57,733 bases of DNA from Mobula birostris (GCF_030028105.1 NC_092384.1:54815553-54873285); one strand, 5' to 3'. Shown: positions 26,223 through 39,489, counted from the first letter of the stretch. Notes: generated by a model not told the origin, from the sequence alone. Numbers and translations: made by a program.

Positions 26223-27330
26223 AAACATGGTGCTTGAATTCAGTACTTGACTCCTGCATTCTGATAATCAAGCCTTTGGAATGATATTTCAAATATGTCA
26301 CAATAAAGAGCTCTGTTGCAGAGTTGTTCTTTGACAAACTATGCAGTCAGATTAGCACAGAATCAGCTCCCAAAATACAGAGGCTGCTCTGCGATCCAAT
26401 CTCTGCTTATTCTTAAATGAAACAGCTTTACTGGCAGGAAAGCGGCACTAAAAAAAATGTCCCAAAGCTACTGCCAAGTTGGGTTAACTACAAGTCTGTG
26501 CCTGACATTGAGTGGAAGGTAAGTGGAATAAGGCTGGTAGATTTATGGCCATTTGTACCTGATTGTTCATACTAAAGCCATTATGGAATGATTAGAGAAA
26601 AAGGTGAAGCTTTAAGTCCAGTGAAAATCAATACAACTGTCTACAGCAATTCAGCTGCCTGAGTCGAGTACCATTAACTGGATCTTTATCCCGTCTTAGG
26701 TTACAGGGAGCTGGGTACAAGCTTGCTGCATGCCCACCTGAACAGTTTTCTCAAGTCAGATTGTTAAGCTATTTTTCTCTGTTTTCATAACCATGACATT
26801 TTCCTTTTACAGTTGTTGAAGATGTGAAACTGTACCCAATATCACTGAGATTATTTGAAAGCTGTATGAAAACTACTTCTTAATGCTTCCCTCCAATTCC
26901 TACGGATCTCTCCTCTCCTCAATATATCATATTTGTCTGTAGCAGAATCTTTACCACGGCATCATAATATTGATATTCTCTGTCCGACACCAAAGCAAAC
27001 TGAAAATCACACAAAGTATCCTTGAAGAATGTCTGTATATTACACTCCTTATCCATAAATATCAATCATGCAATTTATTTAAGTACCATCAGAATTTTGG
27101 TCGTTTGTTTTACTTGTACCTTACAAATGTCAATTCTCATTTCAGCAGTAAAGTACCATGGATGAGGTGAGAAGGGATGGAGCAAATATGTTCTCCAAAC
27201 CAATTCCACTGAAGACTTTTATATCCATTCTCAGATTTCCTACACTTCCTTTTTCAAAGAAATAATCAGTAAGTTGATTAACAGCACAGACCAACACTGC
27301 CACAAAAATCAAACAACAAGCATGTTAATA

Positions 27331-27925
27331 CACTCAGTGGCCACTTCATTAGGTACACCCATACACCTGCTTGTTAATGTAAATATCTCATCAGCCAACC
27401 ATATAGCAGCAACTCAATGCACAAAAGCATGCAGACATGATCAAGAGGTTCACTTGCTATTCATACCAATCATCAGGATGGGGAAGAAATGTGACCTAAG
27501 TGACTTTGACTATGGAAAGATTGTTGATGTCAGACAGGGTGGTTTGAGTATCTCAGAAACTGCTATCTGCTGGGATTATCACACGCAAGAGTTACTGGAA
27601 TTTACAGAGAACATTGCAAAAACAAAAAAAAAATCCAGTGAGTAACAGTTCTGTGGGCGAAAATGTCTTGTTAATGAGAGGGGTTAGATGAGAGTGGCCA
27701 GACTGGTTCAAGCTGATGGGAATATGACAGTAACTCAAATAATCATGCTTTACAACAGTGGTGTGCAGAAGAGCATCTGTGAACACACAGTGTGTCGAAC
27801 CTTGAAGTGGATGGGCTACAGCAACAGAAGACCAATAGGTTCAATAGGTACATTTAATGTCAGAGGAATGTATACAATTACAAACTGAAATTCTTTTAGA
27901 TATAGAATAAAGTGGCCACTGAGTG
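27331..27925 (+). mobile_element. Non-autonomous Tc1/mariner element retaining a decayed N-terminal DNA-binding region
   Basis: Ends are TA|cactcagtggccactt and aagtggccactgagtg|TA (16-bp TIR). Broken frames read MGKKCDLSDFDYGKIVDVRQGGLSISETA and RVARLVQAD...TVTQI..LYNSGVQKSICEHTVCRTLKWMGY.NRRP. A LINE-tail insertion lies at ~27833-27897. Confidence 0.88.
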
Positions 27926-30087
27926 TATATTCATGTTTATTAACCCTTTAAAGTTCAGATACAATACAGAGACTTCAGAGATTATGGTCATGGATATTTA
28001 CCGGTCCATTTCCAGAAAAGTATTAGAGTGGATGGAGCAACTAATTCTGCAGCTGAGTGGAAACCCTTCCTTAATTTATACCATGTGTGATCTTGAAAGA
28101 AGCTTAAAACAAACAGTGTGAACCTCTGGGATTTCAAGTAGGACTCTGCTCCCTTCGGTCAGAAAGCTGTCCCGGACCTCAAAGTCAGAGGTATTTCTGA
28201 GAGGTCTGACCTTACATTAGTCAGGAGAATCGTCTCCAAATATGTGGTGCTGCATATTTGTGTAGCCAGCAACAAAAATAAATTGAACATTAGTTGTCTT
28301 AGCTGAAAACCCTAACAATTAAAACCTTTATGCCTCATGTTATAAAAGCTGCAACCACATACAGTAACTCTTAAGTCCCAACAGTCAAAAATAGAATAGA
28401 GTCTGCCACCACATCCCCACCAGGAATTCCACCCCAACTCCCCAATTCACTTATCAACAAAACGTATGTTAAACACAACTCTATGGAAAAAGAACAACAC
28501 ATTCACACATAGCACAGCATTTCAGGAAAACTAGATCTTTTGGTGCAAGAAAGAGAATTAAATAATGGCATCACATCAGCTTTACGTCTGTTGCCTGAGC
28601 AGGTCCACGAGCCTTAGTTTTGTTTAGAATCGAGGACAGCAGTCTGCTAATTTTAAATATAGTAGTATATTCACCCATTACTTCACTCATCAAAATTCAC
28701 CAACACTGCTATGTTTTGGACACGGGAGCAAAGGAGAGAACTTTTGCAATTTCAATGCACCAAAAAAAAACACAAATCAACATGAATATGTTGACAATGT
28801 CTATTTTTATCCTTCCAGAAAGATCATTCCCATATCATGCTTCTTTTCCTGCTTCATTAACTTGATCTGTTTGGTTCTACGATTCTTTTCCATGCAATGA
28901 GAAAGATAGATATAGACAAAGTAAAAGACATTAAAAACCAATGGAACAGAACATCATGAACAAGCAGAATAGAACTGCAGGGGAGCAAGTTGGAAGGGGA
29001 CATGGAGAAAATGCTAAGGGAAAGAGGTCAGAGGAAAAAGAAATGGAAGGCATTTAAAGAATACTGCAACAAATGAAAAATAGGGTATCTGTGCCAGAGG
29101 GAGAGATGCACCTACACTTTTCCTTGTGTTGCCTGCAAATGATAAACACAAGACATGTCTCTCAGTCAAGCAGGAATATTGGGATTGATCGTGTTTGCCA
29201 GGAGGAAGGTGGTGAACTCCAGGTAGATTTTTTTAAAATGTAATTTGGGATTGTGGGTGTCGCCAGCAAAGTTGGCATTTATTACTCTGCCCGCATCTTA
29301 TAGTTTATGAGCATTTGACTGGCTTGTTTAGTCATTTAATAACACAGGTAGGAGCAAAGTACAATAGTGAGATGGAATTACATACACACCAGATATAGCA
29401 AGAAGGACATGATTCAACCCTTCGTGCAGATAATTTACAACAATCTGAATGTTTTACGGTCAATTTTACCAAAACCAGCATCTTCTTTCCCGTGATTCAA
29501 GGAATTCTCATCTGACAGTCACGATTTGTACCACTATAGTTTGAATTACCAAAGAGTGCACAGGAAACCAAAGAGAATTAGTATGAAATGAAGACAGAAC
29601 ATCTTCAACTGTCAAGATAGAAAGGGTAGATGTGAACTGCAGGGGACTGCCTGTGAGGAGCAAATCAAAAGGAGTGTTGAAAACAGTAAATATGTTGCAG
29701 GTTACATGCTCAAGTGCATTCATGTTTGTGTCTACAGAAAGTGAAATGGGGCTGAGGGAATGAAAGTGATGCAGCATGGCAGATGTTAGAGATTTAAAAG
29801 TACACAGCAGGTGAAGTTATTATCTGAAGGTGAATTACTTGGGTACAAGATGATGACCCAAGCAGATAGGTTCAGGCGATCCTGCTATTACTGACCTATG
29901 TACAAACCCTAGACCCAGAAGCACTAGAGAAGCTATCTACGCATGATCGTAAACTGGGAGGGATGGGGTGGGAAGTAGCAGAAACCCTTGCCAGATAGAG
30001 CAGTCCACAAATTTCAGAAGAATCCAGACAACACTTGTATTTGGGCAGAACTCCAGCAAAAAGAAGAAAGAAGAAAGAAGGGGGTAG

Positions 30088-30449
30088 AGGAGCCTCAGGA
30101 CCAGCACCATCAGGTTTAGGAACAGTTATTGCCCTTCAAACCATCAGGATCTTGAACTAGAGGGGATAGCCCCTCTTATTCCATCACCGAAGAACTGTTT
30201 CCACAACCTATGGACTCACTTTCAAGGACTCTTCATTTCATGTTCTCAATATCCATTGTTTATTTATTTATCAATTTTTTTTTTTTGCACATTGGTTGTT
30301 GTCTGTCCTGTTTGGTGCGGTCCCTTGTTGATTCTACCGTGTTTCTTGGATTGACTGTGTATGCCCAGAAGAAAACAAATCTTAGGGTTGTGTATGATGA
30401 TATGTATATATATGTGTTTTGATAATAAATTTAACTCTGAACTTTGAAT
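30088..30449 (+). mobile_element. Rex1/Babar-type LINE 3' end
   Basis: accagcaccatcaggtttaggaacagttatt...ccatcaggatcttgaac resembles the RT C-terminus; the 3' UTR ends in aataaatttaactctgaactttgaa. Confidence 0.7.
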
Positions 30450-31194
30450 GTTAAAGTGAAGTAGAAGGTCAAGTGCATTTGTTGAAATGAAAGAATACTC
30501 AACTAGATAGAGAAGCGGGATAAGGGAAGGTAACTCAACAATGAACTTGTCTGGGCACAACAGAGCTGCAGTCAACAAACCTGATTAATTTCTGAACTAC
30601 ACTAGTAAATAAGTAGACAATATGTTTGAAGCCAAGAAACTAAAGCTGTGACATTGCTGCCCGTGTTGCATTCCTGGGTATCAGGAGAAAGTTTCAGAGC
30701 TTGAAGCTGCTACAGAGGGGGGTTAAAAAGGAGGGTTAAATGATCCTCGAGGACTGAGTAATGAAGAAAAGCTAAAACCTGAGAATCTTTCAGAATAGAA
30801 AAAGAGACAGTTTGGATATGTATGGCACCCAGCGGAATATGAAAAAGGCAAATCCTAGGTACTAAATCAAGCTAAATGGCAACTTTATGACAAGTAAGCA
30901 GTGAAAATTAAGAACTTCACAGACAATGCAAGAAAGCATTGCTTCTCAGTACAAACGGGTGGGAAAGGTGTAAGAGTTACATCAAATCAGATTTCAGTTC
31001 CTTACAATAAATGGGTAACGTATGCCAAATGGCCTTGTCTTTTTGAACTTTACATTCAAAAATACATGAAGCACATACAGTACATCAGCAAACAGGATTG
31101 ATATGAGGTAGTTGCGAAGAGAGGAATATGAGTAAGAGTGTCAGAGCCAAACAGTCCAGAGTCAGAATAACATAATGCAATAATAAAAGCAGAG

Positions 31195-31493
31195 ACTTCT
31201 TCCCAGGACTGGAATGGCTAGCACGAGAGGGCACAGTTTTAAGGTGCTTGGAAGAAGGTAGAGAAGAGATGTCAGGGGTAAGTTTTTTTACGCAGAGAGT
31301 GGTGAGTGCGTGAATGGGCTGCCAGCGGTGGTGGTGGAGGCGGCGGAGGTCTTTTAAGAGACTCCTGGGTAGGTACATGGAGCTTAGAAAAACAGAGGGC
31401 TATGGGTAACCCTAGGTAATTTCTAAAATAAGTACATGTTCGGCACAGCATTGTGGGTCGAAGGACCTGTATTGTGCTGTAGGTTTTCTATGT
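31195..31493 (+). mobile_element. CR1 LINE 3' fragment
   Basis: gctagcacgagagggcacagttttaagg...ttttttacgcagagagtggtgagtgcgtgaatgggctgcc...ggcacagcattgtgggtcgaaggacctgtattgtgctgtaggttttctatgt. Confidence 0.85.
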
Positions 31494-32185
31494 AATGAGG
31501 TCACAATGATATGTCATGCTAATCTAACCAATTTCATATTAACTTTATGTATAGTTTTCTATAAATCCTAGGAGGGGCTGCATTGGGAGTCAACATTTGT
31601 ATTCTAGATTTACTTAATTGTGTAAAATGAATCAGAGTATTGATTAATGAGTCAGGCAATCAGTCATGTGAAGCCTGTTGAACAACAGCCTGAGGGGCCA
31701 GTCTTCAGAAAGCTTGATGTTGAACCCTGATTAAACAGGAAAGTTTTTCTTTAAATAAAACAAAATAATTTGCTCTCTTGTGTCACTCCCTTATGCTTAC
31801 ATTAAATGTGGAATCCTCAAGCCACCTAACCTTATTGGACCATTAGAACAGCCAGATGAAAAAAAAACAACTTTCGCCAGCTCCATATATCAAAATATTT
31901 CTAACTTCAGCAATAATTTTTCTTATCTAAGGACCCTTCTTCTAGGTCCATCATCTTCAATTTTACCTCAAACTTTCAAGGAAATCGGCTACATTCTTGA
32001 TGAATTTGAACAATACATGTTATTTAATTGCTATTTTTTATAACATCAAATATATAAAGAAGACCTTTGCAGACAACCTTTCACTGACAAATATTTGCTT
32101 TGAAAATAGTATATATTGAGAACATAATGACTGCTATTCACTATGATTCAGAAACACTGCATGGGGAGGATGTTACTCTCCTTAC

Positions 32186-32682
32186 CTTGTATAATTTCAA
32201 GCTGGCTTCATGCCTTGAGTTGACAGTGTGCAATCGCAGCTTCTCAATGCTATTGGTGTAGTAGTCGCATGCGTTGCATTTCAAGTGCACTGGGTTCCCA
32301 ATGGCTACACATTTCAGTCGCCACTCATTGGCCTTCCCTCCTTCCTTGATGTGTGCCACAAGCTGATATTTCTGTACATGCTTATCTGTCTTACAGTGCA
32401 ACTGGAAGTTGGCCTTGAGCTGGGTGTTGTAGCGGCACAGCTTGCACTGGTAGGAATCACCAATGACAGCCTTCCACTCCTCTTCGGGCAGGTGGCGCTC
32501 AATGTTCATGTGCAGACCCAGCGTCTCCAGGTTGTCCGTGGTGAATCGGTTGCAGACGGCACATTGAAAAAGCTTCAAGGAAGGGTCATTCGTGGTTGTG
32601 AACGTTTCGCCAAGGTTCATGAGTTCCTCTGACACCAGTTGCCCGCCTCCCAGTCGCATGTCAATAGGAATCTCACCGCCAA
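32186..32682 (-). CDS. ZFHX3: ZFHX3 second coding exon (equivalent to human exon 3, 497 bp)
   Basis: Encodes (V)[25 protein letters not shown]...[10 protein letters not shown]...[23 protein letters not shown]...[31 protein letters not shown]. Acceptor is ttttatgcAG|TT (AG = 32684-32683) and donor is AAG|GTAAG (GT = 32185-32184). The frame is continuous with the upstream exon. Confidence 0.97.
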
Positions 32683-33486
32683 CTGCATAAAACCAAAGAA
32701 TAAAAAGCAAGAATGAAGTGCTTGTTTACAGTGCCAGGATGTGATGTCCAAACCCTGAAAGAAAATCCTGAGTGATCAGCCTGAACTCTTCTTCTAAAGC
32801 CAATACTGACAATGTTGTATCTGTTATTAAGGTCCAATCTCGTATCATTGTCTAGGGATAAAATCAGCTGCATGGTAATGCTTTATGCAAATTAATTGGC
32901 CAATCTCCTGCAATGTTCAATCCGTAGATATGAGAGTGAGCGATGCCTATTTACTTGATTTGTTGATGGTAAGCCGTGCTTAACAGTTTACTTTATGCTC
33001 TTGTCCCTGACTACAAGACTGAGATGGTCAAAACTCATTTTACTTCTGATCAGTTATTAGTCTTCAGGGACAGTGATTCCTATCAGCTAATGCCAAATTA
33101 GATTTAAACTTTAGCTTGTACAGATTTCAAAGGTGAGCACGCAGTATGCAAGTAGAAATAGAAAGAAAATCTCTGAATATGGCCAAGCAAGCTCAAAATT
33201 GCTTCTATTTGTATTATTTGATTGCATAATTAAGTGTAACACTTTGTTAGGATGCAACCTAAAATGGAGCTTAAAAATATTTAATATTCATTTCAACTCC
33301 AAGGATATTGGCAATGGTGACTACTTTGATGTTACATAGCAATAAACCAGGACTGCAGAACACACTTCATACTAAAGTCATTTAAAAGAAACAATAGTTT
33401 AGTTCAACCCAGGAGTTGTTTTCTTTACTGTGGATTTTTCCATCTAACCCCCATCTTGGTTGAGGACTGCAAGATTTCCTCATCTT

Positions 33487-33656
33487 CAATAGGTCAATAG
33501 GTACATTTAACGTCAGAGAAATGTATACAATATATATCCCAAAATTCTTTTTCTTCACAAACATCCACGAAAACAGAGGAGTGCCCGAAAGAATGAATGA
33601 CAGTTAAATGATAGAAACCCAAAGACCGCCCCCCAGCTCCCCCCTCCCACGCACAA
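33487..33656 (-). mobile_element. Retroposon 3' tail fragment
   Basis: caataggtcaataggtacatttaacgtcagagaaatgtatacaat is near-identical to 27833-27897 and similar to 36858-36921. Confidence 0.7.
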
Positions 33657-34744
33657 GCTTCTTTTGAAAACTATAGCAAATAAAATGCTGGAAATACACT
33701 CAAGGTCAATCAGCATCTGAAGAAGGAAAACACTTTTGAGCAAAAATCCTTTTAATGAATTTCAGGACAGTAAATTGCCTCTTTTTACCAGAAAATGTGG
33801 TTTCTAACTGAACAGAAACAATATGTTTGTAACACTGTTTTTATTTCAGACAGACACCATGAGGAATTTTTGGTATCATCTTTAAGTCAAATATTGTCAA
33901 GGTAAAATAAGGTTTTTTTCTTAGCCAACCTAACATGTAGAACAGAAATTTAAAACTGATCTCAATCTGCCGATCAGCACAGACAGAAGGAAAAGAAAAA
34001 AAAAAGCTCTTAATGATTTTAGTCAGGAGCTGAAAAACGGAAGGCTTGGGAAAAAAGAAGCAAGTTAAAGAAATACACTCAATGTAGAAAACTGTTTTAA
34101 AATAGCTGCAGTGAAACTTGTGCTATGTCTCAGCAACAGCAGAGGTAGAGCTAATTATCCCATTACTGTGTCAATACATCCATTTAACAGAGTTGTGTCA
34201 GCGCCACTGCGATGGGTGAGCTCATCAGTGGAAGGTGAAAACCTCTGTGCTGTACAGATCTGTCTAATGCCTCTTACTACACAATCTTTAATACATCATT
34301 GACCAGACAAAACCAAGAGCTGACCTTGTCCAACTTACAGTAAATTAATAACAACAAGATCTTTATTTATAGCACAGAAGTTCTGCAACTGTGAATGGCA
34401 TTTCCTAATTTCAAAAACTTCAATTCCTACGAAGAGTCACCAATTTAAATTCAGTTTATGGTTTCATGCTTTTTACAAAAAGGTAAATTTATTCTCCACC
34501 TGATGTCCTCCACCAGCCCTGAAGCTCTTCCTTACTTTCCAGGCTTTGTTTCCCACAGTAATGAATTTCTACCATCACATAATCCTCCATCTAGTGGTAG
34601 GGCTGAGAACTAGAGGATCCCATCCACTGGAGCATGCGTCATTTGGATTAATTGTTACACTTAGGATCCAGAACTCCTCTGCAACCAAGGTACTGCTTGA
34701 TGAAAAGTGAATTCTGGCACTATCCCTAGCATTAAGTATTTATT

Positions 34745-35172
34745 GGCTCTGGACCTGTACTTGCTGGAATTTAGAAGAATGAGGAGGGATTTCACTGAAA
34801 CCTATCAAATATTGAAAAGCCTAGATAGAGTGGATGTGGAGAGGATGTTTCCTATGTGGGGGGAGTCTAGGACCAGAGGGCACACCCTCAGAATACAAGG
34901 ACATCTCTTTAGAACAGAGGTGAGGAGGAATTTCTTTAGCCAGAGGGTGCTGAATGTGTGGAATTCATTGCCACAGATGGCTGCGGAGGTTAACTCATTG
35001 AGTATATTTCAAGCAGAGGTTGATAGTTTCTTGATTAATGAGGGCACCTCAGTTGATGGGCAGAGGGCAGGAGTATGGGGTTGAGACGGATAATAAAACA
35101 GGTATGATAGAATGGTGCAGCAGACTCGATGGGCTGAAAGGCCTAACTTTGTTCTTGTGTTTTATGGTTATA
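34745..35172 (+). mobile_element. CR1 LINE (HER1-like) 3' fragment
   Basis: LYLLEFRRMRRDFTETYQIL...RMFPMWGESRTRGHTLRI...FRTEVRRNFFSQRVLNVWNSLP, plus a gatgggctgaaaggccta tail. Confidence 0.9.
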
Positions 35173-35377
35173 TGCTTATTAAAAATGCAAATCTGTCAGT
35201 AGAATCAGCCAAAAAAAATAACTGCACCAGAGGATTATTATGATAAAAATTAACCCTAGCATGACATTTACAAGCGTAGAACTATCTCTGCTGAAGAAAG
35301 CAGGCAATTATAAACAAAGCCAGCCCTGAGTAAAGCAGATTCAAAGGCTACACAACCTATTCCTGCTTTCTTTTCTT

Positions 35378-36466
35378 CTGTTTATTGACTACAGCTCAGC
35401 ATTCAACACAATCATACCCTCAGTTCTAATTTAAAAACTCCAAAACCTAGGCCTCTGTACTTCCCTCTGCAACTGGATCCTTGACTTCCTCATCAGGAGA
35501 CCACAGTCAATGCAGATTGGAAGTAACATCTCTTCGCTGACAATGAACACTGGTGCACCTCAAGAATGTGTGCTTGGCCCACTGCTCTACTCTTACACCC
35601 ACGACTGTGTTGCTAGGCACAGCTCAAATGCCATCTACAAATTTGCTGATGACACAACTATTGTTGGCAGAATTTCAGATGGTGACAAGGAGCGAGATAG
35701 TGAGTGGGGTCACAGCAACAACCATGCACTCAACTCCAAGGAACTGATTGTGGACTTCAGGAAGGGGAAGTCGAGGGAACACATACCAGTCCTCATCAAG
35801 GGGTCAGAAATGGAAAGAACGAGCAATTTCAAGTTTCTGGGTGTCAGCATCTCTGAGGAGCTATCCTGGGCCCAACATATTGATGCAATTACAAAGAAGG
35901 CACAACATCGGCAATTTTTTATTCGGAGTTTGAGGAGAGTTGGTACGGCACCAAAGGCACTTGCAAATTTCTACATATGTACCATGGAGAGCATTCTAAC
36001 CTCTGGAATGGAGGGGGCCACTGCACAGGATCAGAAAAAGCTGCAGATTCAGCCAGCTCCATCATGAGTACTAGACCCCCGCCCCCCGCCCCCCCCCCCC
36101 CCAGCATCGCGGACACCTTCAAATGTCGATGCTTCAAAAAGGCAGCATCCATCATTAAGGACCTCCATTACCCAGGACATGGCCTCTTTTCATTGCTGCC
36201 TCAAGGAGGAGGTAGAGAAGCCTGAAGACACACATTCTTCATTTCAGGAACAGATTCTTCCCGTCTGCCGCCTGATTTCTGAATGGACAATGAACCTATG
36301 AACACTTCCTCAGTATTTTGTTTTCCCTCTCTTTTTGCACTACTTATTTACTTTATTCTTATTGTGATTTATAGTTTTTATTACTATGTATTGTAATGTA
36401 CCACTGCTGCAAAGCAACACATTTCACGACAAATGCCAGGGATGTGAGACCTGATTTGGATTCTAA
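35378..36466 (+). mobile_element. Rex1/Babar LINE 3' fragment (same family as 9010-10330)
   Basis: ORF 35510..36067 has [36 protein letters not shown] and [14 protein letters not shown]. The 3' UTR resembles 10040-10330. Confidence 0.9.
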
Positions 36467-36924
36467 TTCTCTTTCAAAAAGAATTAGGAAAGTGTGTCTT
36501 TGCCACATTGCTTATGACCAATGAATGATTTTCTTCAAAAGAGCAGGAGCTGATCTGTTACTTAGTCCAAAGACTTTAATCTTCAGTCATCTGATAGGAA
36601 GTCTAAGAGATGACAGACCAAGGTTGATTCACCTTCAACTTTCCCATTCAGCAAGTCCCTATTCTCAAGATACCCTGTGCTACTTCAGAAGTCATTGAGA
36701 AATCCACTAGATTTCATAGTGCTAAAGGACCTTTATCAAATGGGTGCACTGCTGTCATCTGAACCTTCAACTGTTCTAAGCCAACAGTATGATCACACTC
36801 GTATCTAAGCCGGCCTACAGGCGTTCTCTACAATAATGGTGCCCGGACTTACTGTTAGATTTAGATTCCTTTAATATCAGAGAATGTATATAGTATACAA
36901 CCTGAAATTCGTACTCCTCACGGC

Positions 36925-37200
36925 ATTATTTATTGAGATACAGTGTGGAGTAGGCCCTTCCGGCCCTTTGAGCCACACCACCCAACAAACCCCCAATTTA
37001 ATCCTCGCCTAATCACAGGACAATTCACAATGACCAATTAACCTACGGCTTTGGACCGTAGGAAGAAACTGGAGCACCCAGAGAAAACTTACATGGTCAT
37101 GGGGAGAGTGTACAAACTCCCTGCAGGCAGCAGCAGGAATTGAACCAGTGTCACCCTTACAGTAAAGCGTTTTGCTAACTACCATGCTACCGTGCCACCC
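36925..37200 (-). mobile_element. tRNA-derived SINE (same family)
   Basis: Reverse-complement homology to 25951-26222 (tttattgagatacag...ggaagaaactggagcaccc...ggaattgaacc...atgctaccgtgcc). Confidence 0.85.
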
Positions 37201-37500
37201 ATATATTGTGTTTCAAATGCTGGATCCATGCAGGTTAATACTAGGCACTTAATAATATATTTCAATTTAATCTAGCCCAGTACTACGAGAAAATGTTGGC
37301 TTCAGTTCCAAGTATATTTTATGGGAGTTGTGATCATCTTGTCAACACACAATGAGTCTTGCTTTTGGACACCTTCACTGATCTTGTAGAAATTTAATGA
37401 AGTGAGATTTTTTGTACTGTTGGCTCTGCATTTACCTGCTGATTACAGCACACATAGTTATTTATTTGCTCATGAGGTTCCTGCCAAATTAGCTGATGTA

Positions 37501-39090
37501 CAGTGGCATGCAAAAATTTGGACACCCCGGTCAAAATTTCTGTTACTGTGAATAGCTAAGCGAGTAAAGATGAACTGATTTCCAAAAGGTACAAAGTTAA
37601 AGATGACACATTTATTTAATATTTTAAGAAAACATTTTCATTTCCACCTTTTACAATTTCAAAATAGCAAAAAAGGAAAAAGGCCCGAAGCAAAAGTTTG
37701 AGCACCCTGTATAGCAGTACTTAGTAACACCCCCTTTGGCAAGTATCACGGCTTGTAAATGCTTTTTGTAGCCAGCTAAGAGTCTTTCAATTCTTGTTTG
37801 GGGGATTTTCGCCCAATCTTCCTTGCAAAAGGCTTCTAGTTCTGTGAGATTCTTGGGCCGTCTTGCATGCACTGCTCTTTTGAGGTCTATCCACAGATCC
37901 TCGATGTTTAGGTCAGGGGACTGTGAGGGCCATGGCAAAATCTTCAGCTTGCACCTCTTGAAGTAGTCCATTGTGGATTTTGAGGTGTGTTTAGGTTCAT
38001 TATCCTGTTGTAGAAGCCATCCTCTTTTCAGCTTCGGCTTTTTTTTACAGACTGTGTGATGTTTGCTTCCAGAATTTGCTGGTATTTAATTGAATTCATT
38101 CTTCCCTCTCCCAGTAAATGTTCCCCGTGCCACTGGCTGCAACACAAGCCCAAAGCATGATCAATCCACCCCCATGCTTAACAGTTGGAGAGAGGTTCTT
38201 TTCATGAAATTTTGCACCTTTTTTTCTCCAAACATACCTTTGCTCAATGAATTTTAACTTCATCAGTCCACAGGACTTGTTTCCAAAATGCATCAGGCTT
38301 GTTTAGATGTTCCTTTGAACCTTTTGAATAGAACTTTTTGGCCGCAATGAGCAAAGGTATGTTTGGGGGGAAAAAGGGTGCAGAATCTCATGAAAAGAAC
38401 ACCTCTCCAATTGTTAAGCACAGGGGTGGATCGATCATGCTTTGGGCTTGTGTTCCAGCCAGTGGCACAGGGAACATTTCACTGGTAGTGGGAAGAATGA
38501 ATTCAATTAAATACCAGCAAATTCTGGAAGCAAACATCACACCGTCTGTAAAAAAGCTGAAGATGAAAAGAGGATGGCTTCTACAACAGGATAATGAACC
38601 TAAACACACCCCAAAATCCACAATGGACTACCTCAAGAGGCACAAGCTGAAGGTTTTGCCATGGCCCTCACAGTCCCCTGACCGAGAATCTGTGGATAGA
38701 CCTCGAAAGAGCAGTGCATGCAAGACGGCCCAAGAACCTTACAGAACTAGAAGCCTTTTGCAAGGAAGAATGGGCGAAAATCCCCCAAACAAGAATTGAA
38801 AGACTCTTAGCTGGCTACAAAAAGCGTTTACAAGCTGTGATACTTGCCGAAGGGGGTGTTACTAAGTACTGCCATGCAGGGTGCCCAAACTTTTGCTTCG
38901 GGCTCTTTTCTTTTTTTGTTATTTTCAAACTGTAAAAGATGGAAATAAAAAAGTTTTCTTGCTTAAAATATTGAAGAAATGTGTCATCTTTAACCTTATG
39001 CCTTTTGGAAATCAGTTCATCTTTTACTCGCTTAGCTATTCACAGTAACAGAAATTTTGACCGGGGTGCCCAAACTTTTGCATGCCACTG
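37501..39090. mobile_element. Fold-back (palindromic) non-autonomous Tc1 element, IR/DR type, made of two inverted transposase 3' halves
   Basis: Ends are TA|cagtggcatgcaaaa and ttttgcatgccactg|TA. An inner direct repeat caaaagtttgagcaccct sits at 37691-37708. Left-arm (-) ORFs have VKHGGG.IMLWAC and WPSQSPDLN-IEDLW...GGVTKY. Right-arm (+) ORFs have VKHRGGSIMLWAC...QQDNEPKH...WPSQSPD...GGVTKY. Confidence 0.93.
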
Positions 39091-39489
39091 TATATGTATA
39101 TGTGAAAAGCAACTAATGTATGACGAACATGGCAGATTTTCTTGTTGGCAACACAGAGGGTGGTTGTTGGAAGACAACTTTGAATTCAAAGACTCTTTGC
39201 AGTTGTTTACGACATTTGTCATTTCCTGGCAGATTGTGAACACAATTCGGCATGTTTGCACTTATCAAAAGGCTTAGAACACTGGAGGCCTACAAATTGA
39301 AAAGCTTAGAAGGTACGTTCTTACCAAAGCAATTGGCTGAAGTAAAATGCTTAGAATTGTTTGGTGGAGAAGAATCCTAAACTATAAACTAGACCAGAGA
39401 GCCAAGAGAGAAATTGGTGAAAAGGAGATGGAAGTAACATAGGATGCATAGAATGGATGTTGAAAAATCAATCTTCAGTGATCACTCAG

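Noticed and set aside
28160-28275. Possible CR1 ORF1 esterase remnant
   Set aside because: The similarity is too weak and short to support by eye.
1-32185. Next ZFHX3 exon (expected HLQQHE...[21 protein letters not shown]-like)
   Set aside because: I did not see it in the ORF track or by reading. It probably lies beyond the left edge; tBLASTn would settle this.
32141-32710. ORF-track termini MLFILWFYA... and ...[14 protein letters not shown]; also GNR* at 52541-52551
   Set aside because: These are intronic read-through beyond the canonical splice sites.
33676-33740. Further PLE terminal fragment on the minus strand as a ribozyme
   Set aside because: Only the tail portion is recognisable and no hammerhead core remains.
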